Below, piece after piece: positions 49,966 through 60,938 of a DNA stretch of 64,000 bases. The notes under the pieces are model-generated. The model saw nothing but the letters and a program-made list of their open reading frames with translations, was not told the origin of the DNA and did no database searches. The DNA comes from Bacteroidota bacterium (GTDB lineage Bacteria; Bacteroidota; Bacteroidia; UKL13-3), in contig JAIXSO010000007.1 in the NCBI GenBank assembly GCA_027484685.1, forward strand, positions 3,651 through 67,650, written 5' to 3'. The translations under genes and the position numbers were made by a program. Every line of letters begins with the position of its first letter. The first letter of the stretch is position 1.

Positions 49966-50184
49966 TTATTTGTATCTATAAATAATTCTTCCTTTTGTCA
50001 AATCGTATGGACTCATCTCACATGCAATTTTATCACCAGGTAAAATTTTAATGTAATGCATTCTCATTTTGCCCGAAATATGTGCAATGATTTGATGTCC
50101 ATTTTCTAACTGAACACGAAACATTGCATTACTTAAAGCTTCAACAATAATACCGTCTTGTTTTATAACTGATTGTTTTGACAT
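49966..50184 (-). CDS. infA: Translation initiation factor IF-1
   Basis: [28 protein letters not shown]. Confidence 0.99.
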   Translation of the reverse strand: MSKQSVIKQDGIIVEALSNAMFRVQLENGHQIIAHISGKMRMHYIKILPGDKIACEMSPYDLTKGRIIYRYK

Positions 50185-50199
50185 TTTTTATTGGGGCTG

Positions 50200-50230
50200 C
50201 GAAAATAATATTTTATTTGAAATTATCAAC
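50200..50230 (-). promoter_or_regulatory. Internal promoter upstream of infA
   Basis: Minus strand GTTG-N19-TATTTTCG(CAG), near the TTTG-N19-21-TAnnTTTG consensus. Confidence 0.55.
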
Positions 50231-50236
50231 AACTAA

Positions 50237-51580
50237 TTAAGCTGCTGTATTACTTCCACTTCTTCCTTTAATTTTACCACTTTTCATTAATCCATCATAT
50301 TGACGCATTAATAAATGACTTTCTATTTGTTGTAAAGTATCTAATACTACTCCTACCAAAATTAGTAACGAAGTTCCTCCATAGAATTGAGCAAATTGAC
50401 TGTTAATATTAAAAGCCCCTGCAAACGATGGTAATACTGCAACAAAAGCTAAAAATATTGCTCCAGGTAAAGTAATTCTACTCATAACATTATCAATGAA
50501 ATCAGCAGTAGATTTGCCAGGTTTTACACCTGGTATAAAACCATTATTCTTTTTCATATCATCCGAAATTTGATTTGCATTAACAGAAATTGCAGTGTAG
50601 AAATACGTAAATAATACGATTAACAAACCAAAAGTCATATTATAAGCAAATGATAACGGATTTGCAAAAGATGAAAGGAAGCTATTTGCCTCAACATTTG
50701 AAACAAACTGAGTAATATAGCCAGGAATAAACATTAACGCTTGGGCGAAGATTATTGGCATAACACCTGCTGCATTTATTTTCAAAGGAATATATTGTCT
50801 AACACCACCAAACTGTCTATTTCCAACTATACGTTTAGCATATTGTACAGGAATTCTTCTTGTACCTTGAACTAATAATATAGTTATCATAATTACAGCA
50901 AATAAAGCAGCTAACTCTATCACGAAAATAACTAATCCACCACCACCAGTTGACAATTTAAAGTTAAATTCATCCCAAAAAGATATTGGTAAACGAGCAA
51001 TAATACCAATCATAATGATTAGAGAAATACCATTTCCAATACCTTTATCAGTAATTCTTTCACCCAACCACATTACAAACATTGTACTTGCGGTTAAAAT
51101 AATCATAGAACTAAAAGTAAACATGAAATCTGACACAACATCCGGAGAAATTATTGCTGTAGGGTTAGTATTCTTAAGGTTTATAATAAAACCATAAGAT
51201 TGAACAACAGTAATTGCAATAGTTAAGTAGCGAGTAATTTGATTTATTTTTCTTCTACCATCTTCACCCTCTTTTTGCATACGTTGGAAAGAAGGCAAGG
51301 CTAGAGATAATAACTGAACTACAATTGAAGCACTAATGTAAGGCATAATACCTAAAGCAAAAATTGATGCTCTACCAAAAGCTCCACCTGCAAACATATT
51401 AATGATACCAAATAAACCACCATCTGCTTGCTTTGTATCTAACGAATTAGGATCAATGCCAGGTAAAGTTACGTAGCTACCAATTCGATAAACAAGTAAT
51501 AACCAAAAAGTGATTTGAAGTTTATACCTTAAATCATCAATTTTCCAAATGTTTTTTAATGTATCAAGTAATTTTTTCAT
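50237..51580 (-). CDS. secY: Preprotein translocase SecY
   Basis: SIFALGIMPYISASI, GIGNGISL, FIPGVKPG, GGTSLLI. Confidence 0.99.
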   Translation of the reverse strand: MKKLLDTLKNIWKIDDLRYKLQITFWLLLVYRIGSYVTLPGIDPNSLDTKQADGGLFGIINMFAGGAFGRASIFALGIMPYISASIVVQLLSLALPSFQRMQKEGEDGRRKINQITRYLTIAITVVQSYGFIINLKNTNPTAIISPDVVSDFMFTFSSMIILTASTMFVMWLGERITDKGIGNGISLIIMIGIIARLPISFWDEFNFKLSTGGGGLVIFVIELAALFAVIMITILLVQGTRRIPVQYAKRIVGNRQFGGVRQYIPLKINAAGVMPIIFAQALMFIPGYITQFVSNVEANSFLSSFANPLSFAYNMTFGLLIVLFTYFYTAISVNANQISDDMKKNNGFIPGVKPGKSTADFIDNVMSRITLPGAIFLAFVAVLPSFAGAFNINSQFAQFYGGTSLLILVGVVLDTLQQIESHLLMRQYDGLMKSGKIKGRSGSNTAA

Positions 51581-51583
51581 GTG

Positions 51584-52033
51584 TTAGATTTTAGCTATTG
51601 AACCCCCAACTGCTTCTATAGCCTTTTGAGCAGACGCTGAAAAAGCGTGAGCTTTTACTTCTACTGCTATGCTAATTTCTCCTCTACCTAATATTTTTAC
51701 TAAGTCGTTTTTGCTTACAACACCATTTGCAACCAAAACATCAAAATCAATTGATTTTAAGTTTTTTTCTGAAGCTAAGATTTGTAATCTATCAAGGTTG
51801 ATTCCTACGTACTCAACTCTGTTTAAACTTTTAAATCCTATTTTAGGTAAACGTCTATATAAAGGCATTTGACCTCCTTCAAAACCACGTTTAGTGCTAG
51901 TACCACTTCTAGAACCAGCACCCTTATGACCACGTGCAGCAGTTCCACCTTTTCCACTACCTTCACCTCTACCTACTCTTTTACCTTCTTTATGAACTGA
52001 ACCAGCTGCTGGTTTTAAGTTATGTAAATTCAT
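51584..52033 (-). CDS. rplO: 50S ribosomal protein L15
   Basis: [15 protein letters not shown]. Confidence 0.98.
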   Translation of the reverse strand: MNLHNLKPAAGSVHKEGKRVGRGEGSGKGGTAARGHKGAGSRSGTSTKRGFEGGQMPLYRRLPKIGFKSLNRVEYVGINLDRLQILASEKNLKSIDFDVLVANGVVSKNDLVKILGRGEISIAVEVKAHAFSASAQKAIEAVGGSIAKI

Positions 52034-52045
52034 CGATTAATTTTT

Positions 52046-52225
52046 TTAAATGTTTTCAACTTTTAATAAATGAGCAACTTTATTGATCATACCTAATACA
52101 GCAGGTGTTCCTTCAACCTCGCGAGATTGATTTAATTTAGAAAAACCTAAAGCTTTAATAGTACGTTTTTGACCCTCAGGTCTATCAATGATGCTTTTTA
52201 CGTATGTTATTTTTACTTTAGCCAT
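52046..52225 (-). CDS. rpmD: 50S ribosomal protein L30
   Basis: Hand translation [27 protein letters not shown]...[15 protein letters not shown] (59 aa); missing from the ORF track. Confidence 0.97.
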   Translation of the reverse strand: MAKVKITYVKSIIDRPEGQKRTIKALGFSKLNQSREVEGTPAVLGMINKVAHLLKVENI

Positions 52226-52754
52226 TGTTCACTTCTCCTCCATTAAAAACTTTTTTCATTGAAATACCACGAGTATTAGCTATAGTAAACGCATCACGCA
52301 TATTTAATAATGCATCAACAGTAGCTTTTACCACGTTGTGAGGGTTAGATGAACCTTTTGATTTTGCTAACACATCAGTTACACCAGCACTTTCTAAAAC
52401 AGCACGCATAGCACCACCAGCAATTACACCAGTTCCATGAGCAGCAGGTTTTAAAAATACTCTACCTCCACCATATTTTCCAGTTTGTTCGTGAGGAATA
52501 GTACCTTTTAAAACTGGAACTTTCATTAAATTCTTTTTTGCGTCTTCTACACCTTTGCTGATAGAATCAGTTACCTCATTAGCTTTACCTAAACCGTAAC
52601 CAATAACACCATTTCCATCTCCAACTACAACTAAAGCTGAAAAGCTAAAAGTACGTCCACCTTTTGTAACTTTTGCTACACGGTTTATTGCAACTACTCT
52701 TTCTTTAAGCTCTATGTCGCTTGATTTTACTCTTTTTATATTTTCTGTAGACAT
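52218..52754 (-). CDS. rpsE: 30S ribosomal protein S5
   Basis: [18 protein letters not shown]. Confidence 0.98.
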   Translation of the reverse strand: MSTENIKRVKSSDIELKERVVAINRVAKVTKGGRTFSFSALVVVGDGNGVIGYGLGKANEVTDSISKGVEDAKKNLMKVPVLKGTIPHEQTGKYGGGRVFLKPAAHGTGVIAGGAMRAVLESAGVTDVLAKSKGSSNPHNVVKATVDALLNMRDAFTIANTRGISMKKVFNGGEVNNG

Positions 52755-52807
52755 AATATTTATTGTTTTACTTTATGCTGATAACAACATAAAATGATAA
52801 AAGCAAT

Positions 52808-53155
52808 TTAAAACTTTAAACCTCCTTCGCGTGCACCATCAGCTAAACTTTTGATTCTTCCATGGTATAAATAACCATTTCTATCAAAAACAACTTCGGT
52901 AATGCCAGATGATATTGCTTTTTGTGCTATTTCTTTACCAACTCTAATTGATAACTCAACTTTACAAACTTTCTCAGTAATTGAGCGTGATGAAGAAGAC
53001 ACTAAAGTCTTTCCTGCCACATCGTCAATAATTTGAGCATATATAGCTTTGTTGCTACGGAATACAGATAAACGTGGTTTAACAGGAGTACCTTTAATAC
53101 GACCACGAATTCCTCTTTTTATTCTAGATCTGCGTAATTCTTTTTTGGTTGCCAT
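52808..53155 (-). CDS. rplR: 50S ribosomal protein L18
   Basis: [20 protein letters not shown]. Confidence 0.98.
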   Translation of the reverse strand: MATKKELRRSRIKRGIRGRIKGTPVKPRLSVFRSNKAIYAQIIDDVAGKTLVSSSSRSITEKVCKVELSIRVGKEIAQKAISSGITEVVFDRNGYLYHGRIKSLADGAREGGLKF

Positions 53156-53163
53156 AACTTTTA

Positions 53164-53718
53164 TTATTTAGATGCTGTTTTACCCGCTTTTCTTCTTAGA
53201 ACTTCACCAACGAACTTGATACCTTTACCTTTGTAAGGCTCAGGAGTACGTAATGAACGAATTTTTGCAGCTACTTGACCAATCAATTGTTTATCGGCAC
53301 TTTCTAAGGTAATGATTGGGTTTTTACCTTTTTCAGTTTCAGTTTTCACAGTAATTTCTTTTGGTACTTCAAAATAAATATGATGCGAGAAACCTAATAT
53401 TAAATCAAGAATGTTTCCTTCATTAGTTGCTTTGTAACCAACACCTACTAATTCTTGTTTTTTGGTGTAACCTTGGGTAACACCTACAATCATATTATTT
53501 ATTAATGATCTGTAAAGACCATGTAAAGCTCTATGTCTTTTATGGTCAGTTGGTCTTGTAACCAAAATCTCACCTTCATTTAAAGTAATTGTAATATCTG
53601 CATCAACTTGTTGATGTAATTCGCCTTTAGGACCTTTAACGGTTACTAAATTGCTGTTGCTAATTTTAAAATCAACACCAGCTGGTAATTTTATTGGGGC
53701 TTTTCCTATACGTGACAT
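53164..53718 (-). CDS. rplF: 50S ribosomal protein L6
   Basis: [15 protein letters not shown]. Confidence 0.98.
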   Translation of the reverse strand: MSRIGKAPIKLPAGVDFKISNSNLVTVKGPKGELHQQVDADITITLNEGEILVTRPTDHKRHRALHGLYRSLINNMIVGVTQGYTKKQELVGVGYKATNEGNILDLILGFSHHIYFEVPKEITVKTETEKGKNPIITLESADKQLIGQVAAKIRSLRTPEPYKGKGIKFVGEVLRRKAGKTASK

Positions 53719-53737
53719 GAAATTATTCTCCTATTAA

Positions 53738-54136
53738 TTAATAAATGTAACATAAAACTTCGCCACCAACATTTAGTTTTCTAGCTTCTTTGTCTGTCAT
53801 TACACCTTTTGATGTAGTTAAAACAGCAATACCTAAGCCATTGATAACTCTAGGCATATTTTCAATACCTGCATATCTTCTTAAACCAGGGCGACTAACA
53901 CGCTCTAATTTTTTAATTGCAGACGATTTTGTAATAGGATGATATTTTAAGGCAATTTTTATTGAACCTTGATGATTTGCTACGTCCTCAAATTTGTAAT
54001 TTAAGATATAACCTTTTTCAAAAAGAACTCTTGTAATTTCTTTTTTCAAGTTAGACGCAGGAATTTCTACGATGCGATGATTTGCTTTGATAGCATTACG
54101 CAACCTTGTTAAGTAATCTGATATTGGATCTGTCAT
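53738..54136 (-). CDS. rpsH: 30S ribosomal protein S8
   Basis: DPISDYLTRLRN, SRPGLRRY, GGEVLC. Confidence 0.98.
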   Translation of the reverse strand: MTDPISDYLTRLRNAIKANHRIVEIPASNLKKEITRVLFEKGYILNYKFEDVANHQGSIKIALKYHPITKSSAIKKLERVSRPGLRRYAGIENMPRVINGLGIAVLTTSKGVMTDKEARKLNVGGEVLCYIY

Positions 54137-54215
54137 TATGTTTTTTGTTGTACTTGTTAGCAGTAAGCCAAGGGCACTCTTACTAACTAAGTTGATTATA
54201 ATTTATAAAGGGGTG

Positions 54216-54246
54216 CAAATATAATTATTTATACTCCTTTAGCAAA
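54216..54246 (-). promoter_or_regulatory. Consensus Bacteroidota primary-sigma promoter between rpsN and rpsH
   Basis: Minus strand TTTG-N19-TATATTTG. Confidence 0.75.
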
Positions 54247-54257
54247 TTTATTTTATA

Positions 54258-54527
54258 TTACCAAGAAGCCTTAGTAACACCAGGTATTTTACCCATAGAG
54301 GCTAATTCACGGAATTGATTACGACAAATACCGAAATCACTCATGTAACCTTTTGGTCTTCCTGTTAATTTACATCTGTTTTTTAAACGAACTGGAGAAG
54401 AGTTGCGAGGTAACTTTTGTAAACCTGCATAATCACCAGCTTCTTTAAGAGCTTTACGTTTTTCAGCGAACTGAGCGTTCAACTTTTCTCTTTTACGTTG
54501 ACGAGCTTTTACTGATTCTTTAGCCAT
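54258..54527 (-). CDS. rpsN: 30S ribosomal protein S14
   Basis: [26 protein letters not shown]. Confidence 0.98.
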   Translation of the reverse strand: MAKESVKARQRKREKLNAQFAEKRKALKEAGDYAGLQKLPRNSSPVRLKNRCKLTGRPKGYMSDFGICRNQFRELASMGKIPGVTKASW

Positions 54528-54534
54528 TTGTTAA

Positions 54535-55098
54535 TTATTTATTTTGATTTTTGAAAGGTAAACCAAATTCTTTCAATAATGAAAGACATTCTTCATCTGT
54601 TGAAGCGGTAGTTACAAAGGTAATATCCATACCATTGATTCTGCTCACTTTTTCGATTACAATTTCAGGGAAAATGATTTGCTCTGTAATACCCATTGTA
54701 TAATTACCACGGCTATCAAAACCTTTTTCATTTAACCCAGCGAAATCTCTAACACGTGGTAAAGAAACCGAAATTAATCTATCTAAAAACTCATACATTT
54801 TTACACCTCTTAAAGTTACGCGAGCTCCAATTGGAATATTTTTACGTAATTTAAAATTAGAAATATCTTTTTTAGATTTTGTACCAACAGCTTTTTGACC
54901 TGCAATAGCAGTCATTTCAAGTAAAGCTTGATCAACTATTTTTTTATCTGATACTGCAGCACCAACACCTTGGTTTAAACAAATTTTTACCAATTTAGGT
55001 ACTTGCATTACATTTTTATATCCAAACTTTTCTATCATGGCAGGTCTTACCTTGGCATCATAGTCTTGTTTTAATCTAGGAACGTATGTTGTTGTCAT
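54535..55098 (-). CDS. rplE: 50S ribosomal protein L5
   Basis: VPKLVKI, LPRVRDF.G, FPEI. Confidence 0.98.
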   Translation of the reverse strand: MTTTYVPRLKQDYDAKVRPAMIEKFGYKNVMQVPKLVKICLNQGVGAAVSDKKIVDQALLEMTAIAGQKAVGTKSKKDISNFKLRKNIPIGARVTLRGVKMYEFLDRLISVSLPRVRDFAGLNEKGFDSRGNYTMGITEQIIFPEIVIEKVSRINGMDITFVTTASTDEECLSLLKEFGLPFKNQNK

Positions 55099-55102
55099 GT
55101 TC

Positions 55103-55441
55103 TTAATTAATTATATCTTGCGATTTTTTTGAAAATCTAACAGTTTTTCCTTCAGCATCTTTCTTACGACCGATTTTTGAAGCAACACCATTATTATCTA
55201 ACACAGCTAAATTACTTATACTGATAGGTGCTTCTTTTTTAATGATTCCACCTTGTTGATTTTGAGCATTAGGTTTAGTATGACGGCTAACTACGTTAAT
55301 ACCTTCAACTATAGCTTTATTTTTTGCAGTAATGATTTCTAAAACCTTACCAGTTTTACCTTTATCATCACCAGCAATAACTTTTACGCGATCATCTTTC
55401 TTGATACGTAACTTTATTTTGTTGTTTACGTTTTTTTCCAT
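55103..55441 (-). CDS. rplX: 50S ribosomal protein L24
   Basis: KOW motif [21 protein letters not shown]. Confidence 0.98.
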   Translation of the reverse strand: MEKNVNNKIKLRIKKDDRVKVIAGDDKGKTGKVLEIITAKNKAIVEGINVVSRHTKPNAQNQQGGIIKKEAPISISNLAVLDNNGVASKIGRKKDAEGKTVRFSKKSQDIIN

Positions 55442-55443
55442 GA

Positions 55444-55812
55444 TTATAATACCTCCGGTGCTAATGAAACAATTTTCATGAATTGTTTTTCTCTTAACTC
55501 ACGTGCAACTGGGCCAAATATACGAGTAGCACGAGGTTCATCTTGCGCATTTAACAATACACATGAATTATCGTCAAAACGAATGTAAGAACCATCAGCT
55601 CTACGAACTTCTTTTTTAGTTCTAACAACAACAGCTTTAGAAACTGCACCTTTTTTAACTCCTCCTGAAGGTAAAGCTGACTTAACTGTAACTACAATTT
55701 TATCGCCTACAGAAGCATATCTTCTACCAGTACCACCAAGAACTCGGATACATAATACCTCGCGAGCTCCACTATTATCGGCTACTTTTAGTCTTGATTC
55801 CTGTTGTATCAT
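55444..55812 (-). CDS. rplN: 50S ribosomal protein L14
   Basis: [25 protein letters not shown]. Confidence 0.99.
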   Translation of the reverse strand: MIQQESRLKVADNSGAREVLCIRVLGGTGRRYASVGDKIVVTVKSALPSGGVKKGAVSKAVVVRTKKEVRRADGSYIRFDDNSCVLLNAQDEPRATRIFGPVARELREKQFMKIVSLAPEVL

Positions 55813-55816
55813 TTTA

Positions 55817-56086
55817 TTATTTAGCTTTTTCTACTATTTCTACTAATCTCCAACGTTTATCTTTACTTAATGGTCTAGTTTCCATTAATTTAACGATATC
55901 GTTCATGCTACTTTCATTTTTCTCATCATGAGCTTTAAAAGTAGAAGTCATTTTTATGAATTTCCCGTATTTTGGGTGCATAACTTTACGTTCTACAGAA
56001 ACAACAATTGTTTTTTGCATTTTGTTGCTTACTACTTTCCCAATAATAACCTTACGTGAATTTCTATTCTCTGCTGTTATTTCCAT
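55817..56086 (-). CDS. rpsQ: 30S ribosomal protein S17
   Basis: [22 protein letters not shown]. Confidence 0.98.
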   Translation of the reverse strand: MEITAENRNSRKVIIGKVVSNKMQKTIVVSVERKVMHPKYGKFIKMTSTFKAHDEKNESSMNDIVKLMETRPLSKDKRWRLVEIVEKAK

Positions 56087-56101
56087 TTTGTTACAGTATA
56101 A

Positions 56102-56299
56102 TTAAGCAGTAGCTAACTGACGAGCTCTTTTTTCAGTAAGAATTCGTGCAATAGTTTTTTTGCTTTCGTTTATCAATCTAGGATTTTCGATAGGTGAAAC
56201 TGCATTTTGTAAAGATAACTTTGATAAATTCAAACGCTCATCTTTTAAAGCAATATTCAATTCTTTTTCCGATAATTCTTTAATTTCTTTATTATTCAT
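56102..56299 (-). CDS. rpmC: 50S ribosomal protein L29
   Basis: ENP...KKTIARILT; synteny. Confidence 0.96.
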   Translation of the reverse strand: MNNKEIKELSEKELNIALKDERLNLSKLSLQNAVSPIENPRLINESKKTIARILTEKRARQLATA

Positions 56300-56301
56300 A
56301 A

Positions 56302-56724
56302 CTAGTTTCCGTTATAATCTGGTTTAACAATAAATTTGGTGATTACAGGTAACTTTTGAGCAGCTAAGCGCATTGCTTCTCTAGCTGTTTCCACTGGAAC
56401 ACCTTCTGCTTCAAATATAATTGTACCAGGCTTACAAACAGCTACCCAAAATTCAGGAGCTCCTTTACCTTTACCCATACGAACCTCTGCTGGTTTTCTA
56501 GTCATCGGTTTATCAGGGAAAACTCTAATCCAAACTTGACCTTCTCTTTTCATGAAGCGATTTAAAGCAACACGAGCAGCTTCAATTTGCTTAGAAGTTA
56601 AGAAGCAAGTATCAAGTGCTTTTAATCCAAACGAACCAAAGGCAACAGTAAAACCTCTAGAGGCGTTACCTTTTACTTTACCTTTTTGTTGTTTCCTAAA
56701 TTTTGTTTTTTTGGGCTGTAACAT
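56302..56724 (-). CDS. rplP: 50S ribosomal protein L16
   Basis: [18 protein letters not shown]. Confidence 0.98.
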   Translation of the reverse strand: MLQPKKTKFRKQQKGKVKGNASRGFTVAFGSFGLKALDTCFLTSKQIEAARVALNRFMKREGQVWIRVFPDKPMTRKPAEVRMGKGKGAPEFWVAVCKPGTIIFEAEGVPVETAREAMRLAAQKLPVITKFIVKPDYNGN

Positions 56725-56759
56725 TTTTACAGTTATTTAATATTATTGATAAAACTAAT

Positions 56760-57536
56760 TTATTTTTTTTCTCTTTTTGGCTTTCTATCGCCACCTCTAC
56801 CTGCACCACCACGACTGTCTCTTCTGTCATCTCTTCTATCACCTCTTCTGTCTGGGCGTTGGTTTTGGCCTTTTGTTTCAGCTACACCTTGGTTAGGAGA
56901 TAAATCTCTCTTACCATAAACTTCGCCTTTGCAAATCCATACTTTGATACCAATTTTACCATACACAGTTAATGCTTCAGCAATTGTGTAATCAATATCA
57001 GAACGTAAAGTATGTAAAGGAGTTCTTCCTTCTTTGTACGATTCAGAACGAGCCATCTCTGCTCCACCTAAACGACCACTGATTGTAACTTTTATACCAT
57101 CAGCACCCATTTTCATGGTGTTAGAAATAGCACCTTTCAATGCTCTTTTGTATGAAACACGAGCTTCAATTTGGCTAGCAATTTGTTCACCAACTAAAAC
57201 CGCATCTAACTCAGGACGCTTAATTTCAAATATATTAATTGCAACGTCTTTTTTGGTTAATTTTTTGATTTCTTCCTTGATTTTATCAACCTCGGTTCCA
57301 CCTTTTCCAATTATAATTCCTGGACGTGAGGTGTGAATAGTAATGATGATACGTTTAATTGTACGCTCAATAACTATTTTAGACATACCTGCTTTTACTA
57401 TACGAGCACGTAAGTATTTTCTAATTTTCTCATCCTCAATTAATTTTTCGGCAAAATTTTTACCACCAAACCAATTGCTTTCCCAGCCTCTGATTATGCC
57501 TAAACGTAATGCTATCGGATTTACCTTTTGTCCCAT
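56760..57536 (-). CDS. rpsC: 30S ribosomal protein S3
   Basis: [23 protein letters not shown]. Confidence 0.98.
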   Translation of the reverse strand: MGQKVNPIALRLGIIRGWESNWFGGKNFAEKLIEDEKIRKYLRARIVKAGMSKIVIERTIKRIIITIHTSRPGIIIGKGGTEVDKIKEEIKKLTKKDVAINIFEIKRPELDAVLVGEQIASQIEARVSYKRALKGAISNTMKMGADGIKVTISGRLGGAEMARSESYKEGRTPLHTLRSDIDYTIAEALTVYGKIGIKVWICKGEVYGKRDLSPNQGVAETKGQNQRPDRRGDRRDDRRDSRGGAGRGGDRKPKREKK

Positions 57537-57931
57537 TATACTTTAGAATTTTCTTTATCGTTTGTTGTTTCTACTGAATTATTAGCAACCATGCTATCAA
57601 CTATTAAAGTGACATGGTTAGAACGTTTACGGATTCTATGTGCACGTCCTTGAGGAGCAGGTAAAACACGTTTCATCATTGCACCACCATCAACAAAAAT
57701 AGTTTTTACATATAATTCGTTGTTTTCAGCACGTGAACCTTCGTTTTTTTGTTCCCAATTTGCTATTGCACTGCGTAATAATTTTTCAACGCGGTGAGCA
57801 CTTTCCTTTTTATTATTGAAACGTAAAGTATTGAAAGCTTCTTCAACTCTTTTACCACGGATCAAATCTACAACTAACCTCATTTTACGAGGTGAAGTAG
57901 GACAATTATTTAATTTTGCTACTGCTTCCAT
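57536..57931 (-). CDS. rplV: 50S ribosomal protein L22
   Basis: [20 protein letters not shown]. Confidence 0.98.
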   Translation of the reverse strand: MEAVAKLNNCPTSPRKMRLVVDLIRGKRVEEAFNTLRFNNKKESAHRVEKLLRSAIANWEQKNEGSRAENNELYVKTIFVDGGAMMKRVLPAPQGRAHRIRKRSNHVTLIVDSMVANNSVETTNDKENSKV

Positions 57932-57933
57932 TA

Positions 57934-58200
57934 TTAATCTTTCTTAACTGGATGTGATTTAAATGTACGTGTAGGAGCAAATTCACCTAGCTTATGACCA
58001 ACCATATTTTCAGTAACATAAACAGGTATAAATTTATTGCCATTATGAACAGCAAAAGTATGTCCTACAAATTCTGGAGATATCATTGATCTGCGACTCC
58101 AAGTTTTAATTACAGATTTTTTCTTTGCCTCATTCATAGCATCAACCTTTTTTTCAAGTTTGAAATCAATGAAAGGACCTTTTTTTAGTGAACGAGCCAT
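57934..58200 (-). CDS. rpsS: 30S ribosomal protein S19
   Basis: [25 protein letters not shown]. Confidence 0.99.
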   Translation of the reverse strand: MARSLKKGPFIDFKLEKKVDAMNEAKKKSVIKTWSRRSMISPEFVGHTFAVHNGNKFIPVYVTENMVGHKLGEFAPTRTFKSHPVKKD

Positions 58201-58206
58201 ATTCTA

Positions 58207-59028
58207 TTACTTCTTACGCTTTTCGATGATAAATCTATTTGAATATTTTTTAGGTGTGCGGGTTTTGTAACCTTTTGATTTCATACCGTTACGAGAACGA
58301 GGATGACCTCCTGAAGCTCTACCTTCACCACCACCCATTGGATGATCAACAGGATTCATAGCTACTGGACGAGTACGAGGACGAACACCTCTCCATCTGT
58401 TTGCACCAGCTTTACCTTTTCTTTCCAAGTTATGATCTGGATTTGAAACTTGGCCAATTGTAGCTGAACAAGCAACTAAAATCATACGAGTTTCACCAGA
58501 AGCTAATTTGATGATAGCATAACGACCATCTCTATTCAATAATTGAGCGAATGAACCCGCAGAACGAACCAACTTTCCACCTCTGCCTGGTAACATTTCA
58601 ATATTATGAATTAAAGAACCTAATGGAATTTCAGATAATGGTAAAGTATTACCAATTTCAGGTGGCGCACCAGCACCGCTTTGAACTTTCTGACCTACTT
58701 GAAGGTTTTTTGGAGATAAAATATAACTTTTTTCACCATCAGCATATTGAATTAAAGCAATACGAGCTGAACGATTTGGATCGTACTCAATTGTTAAAAC
58801 AGTAGCTTCACCTTGTTTAGTTCTTTTAAAATCAACTAATCTATATTTTCTTTTATGACCACCACCAACATAGCGGATTGTCATTTTACCAGTGTTATTT
58901 CTACCACCAGATTTCATTAACGAAACCGTTAAAGATTTTTCTGGACTTGAAGCAGTTACCTCTTCAAATGTATTAGCAGACTTAAAACGTGTGCCTGGTG
59001 TTATCGGGTTAAATTTTCTAATTCCCAT
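58207..59028 (-). CDS. rplB: 50S ribosomal protein L2
   Basis: [21 protein letters not shown]. Confidence 0.99.
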   Translation of the reverse strand: MGIRKFNPITPGTRFKSANTFEEVTASSPEKSLTVSLMKSGGRNNTGKMTIRYVGGGHKRKYRLVDFKRTKQGEATVLTIEYDPNRSARIALIQYADGEKSYILSPKNLQVGQKVQSGAGAPPEIGNTLPLSEIPLGSLIHNIEMLPGRGGKLVRSAGSFAQLLNRDGRYAIIKLASGETRMILVACSATIGQVSNPDHNLERKGKAGANRWRGVRPRTRPVAMNPVDHPMGGGEGRASGGHPRSRNGMKSKGYKTRTPKKYSNRFIIEKRKK

Positions 59029-59036
59029 TTTGTTTA

Positions 59037-59327
59037 TTAAACGTTTTGGAAGAAGTCAATTTTTTGATCTTCTTTAAGTGTAACAATAGCTTTTTTGAAA
59101 GCTGTTCTTCTGCCAGAGAATTGACCTCTTTTAGTAGATCTTGTTTTATTTTTACCTGCATAAACCATAGTACTGATTCCAGTAACGTTTACGCTATAAA
59201 TTTTTTCAATCTCGCTAATAATCTCAGGTTTTGTTGCTTTTTTCTCAACGATAAAAGCAAACTGATTTAATTTTTCACTAAGACGACTAAACTTTTCAGT
59301 GATAAGTGGCTTTTTAAGAATGCTCAT
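59037..59327 (-). CDS. rplW: 50S ribosomal protein L23
   Basis: PLITEK, KKAIVTL. Confidence 0.98.
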   Translation of the reverse strand: MSILKKPLITEKFSRLSEKLNQFAFIVEKKATKPEIISEIEKIYSVNVTGISTMVYAGKNKTRSTKRGQFSGRRTAFKKAIVTLKEDQKIDFFQNV

Positions 59328-59962
59328 TACTTATTTTTATTAAAAAGGTTATCAATAGCTCCTAACGAATTTTCTAGTAAAATTACATTTTGAGCATCCA
59401 AAATTTCATAAGTATTTACATCACCAACAGTTACAACTTTAGCATTTGATAAGTTGCGGCTTGATTTGTAAATGAAGTCGTTATAATCTGCCATAACTAA
59501 TAATGTTTTAGCATTATTTAATTTTAGATTATTTAAAATATTAACGTAGTTTTTTGTTTTAGCTGAATCGAAAGCGAAGTTCTCTAAAACAACTATATTA
59601 TTATTTTTTGCTTTGTAAGCAAAAGCCGACATTCTAGCTAATTGCTTTAATTTTTTATTCAATTTGAAACTATAGTTTCTTGGTTGTGGTCCAAAAATGC
59701 GAGCACCACCTACTCTAGTTCCCGATTTTATACTACCTTTACGAGATCCGCCTGTACCTTTTTGACGATGTAATTTTTTAGTAGAACCACTTACCATACT
59801 GCGCTCTAAAGAAGAGTGAGTACCTTGGCGTTGGTTAGCTAAAAATTGTTTAACGTCTAAGTATATTGCATGGTCGTTAGGTTCAATTCCAAAAACTTCT
59901 TTGCTAAGAACAACTTTGCGGCCAGTATCAGCACCTTGTGTATTTAATATTGCTAATTCCAT
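59327..59962 (-). CDS. rplD: 50S ribosomal protein L4
   Basis: RQGTH, RQKGTGGSR.GS, FGPQPR; start moved to ATG 59962 to avoid overlap with rplC. Confidence 0.97.
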   Translation of the reverse strand: MELAILNTQGADTGRKVVLSKEVFGIEPNDHAIYLDVKQFLANQRQGTHSSLERSMVSGSTKKLHRQKGTGGSRKGSIKSGTRVGGARIFGPQPRNYSFKLNKKLKQLARMSAFAYKAKNNNIVVLENFAFDSAKTKNYVNILNNLKLNNAKTLLVMADYNDFIYKSSRNLSNAKVVTVGDVNTYEILDAQNVILLENSLGAIDNLFNKNK

Positions 59963-59966
59963 CTGC

Positions 59967-60584
59967 TTATTTCTCCAATAATATAAATGAACCTTTAGCA
60001 CCAGGAATAGATCCCTTAATTACCAAAAGATTCTGATCTTTCAACACTTTTAAAATTTGAAGATTTGTTTTCTTCACTCTATTGCCACCCATTCTACCAG
60101 CCATTCTCATTCCTTTGAATACTTTTGAAGGATCTGATGATGCTCCAATAGAACCCGGAGCTCTTTGACGATCGTGCTGACCGTGAGTAGCCATACCAAC
60201 ACCACCAAAACCGTGACGTTTAACAACACCTTGAAAACCTTTTCCTTTTGAAGTACCAACCACATCCACAAACTCACCTGCTTCAAACAAATCAGCCATT
60301 AAAACATCACCTAAATTTAAAGGAGTTTCAAATCCTTTGAATTCAACTAATTTTCTTTTTGGAGTTGTATTTGCTTTTTTGAATATACCTTTTAACGCAG
60401 CGGGTGTATTTTTTTCTTTTGCATCACCATACGCTAGTTGAATAGCACTGTATCCATCTGTTTCAACAGTTTTAACCTGAGTAACAACATTTGGACCAAC
60501 TTCAACCACTGTACAAGCTATTTGCTTGCCATCTTGATTAAAGATGCTAGTCATTCCTATTTTTCTACCTATCAATCCTGACAT
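59967..60584 (-). CDS. rplC: 50S ribosomal protein L3
   Basis: [28 protein letters not shown]. Confidence 0.98.
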   Translation of the reverse strand: MSGLIGRKIGMTSIFNQDGKQIACTVVEVGPNVVTQVKTVETDGYSAIQLAYGDAKEKNTPAALKGIFKKANTTPKRKLVEFKGFETPLNLGDVLMADLFEAGEFVDVVGTSKGKGFQGVVKRHGFGGVGMATHGQHDRQRAPGSIGASSDPSKVFKGMRMAGRMGGNRVKKTNLQILKVLKDQNLLVIKGSIPGAKGSFILLEK

Positions 60585-60618
60585 AATCTTATCTGTCTAA
60601 ATTCTTTTAATTAATTGA

Positions 60619-60927
60619 TCAAACTTTAATTTCAACATCAACGCCACTTGGCAACTCAAGTTTCATAAGAGCATCAACAGTTTTTGCAGTACTACTGTAA
60701 ATATCTAAGATTCTCTTGTAAGAACATAATTGAAATTGTTCTCTTGCCTTTTTGTTTACGTGTGGCGAACGTAATACTGTATAAATTTTCTTTTGGGTTG
60801 GAAGTGGAATTGGACCACTAACAATAGCACCAGTGCTTTTTACAGTCTTAACGATTTTTTCTGCTGACTTGTCAACTAGATTGTAATCGAAACTTTTTAA
60901 CTTAATTCTTATTTTTTGGCTCACCAT
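60619..60927 (-). CDS. rpsJ: 30S ribosomal protein S10
   Basis: [20 protein letters not shown]. Confidence 0.99.
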   Translation of the reverse strand: MVSQKIRIKLKSFDYNLVDKSAEKIVKTVKSTGAIVSGPIPLPTQKKIYTVLRSPHVNKKAREQFQLCSYKRILDIYSSTAKTVDALMKLELPSGVDVEIKV

Positions 60928-60938
60928 TATTATTAAGC

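Noticed and set aside
49832-54527. Zinc-ribbon-less L36 and S14, and no map/adk between secY and infA, as novelties
   Set aside because: These states are common in Bacteroidota ribosomal clusters.
59963-60001. N-terminal extension of L4 in the ORF track
   Set aside because: It overlaps rplC; the ATG at 59962 gives a normal-length L4.
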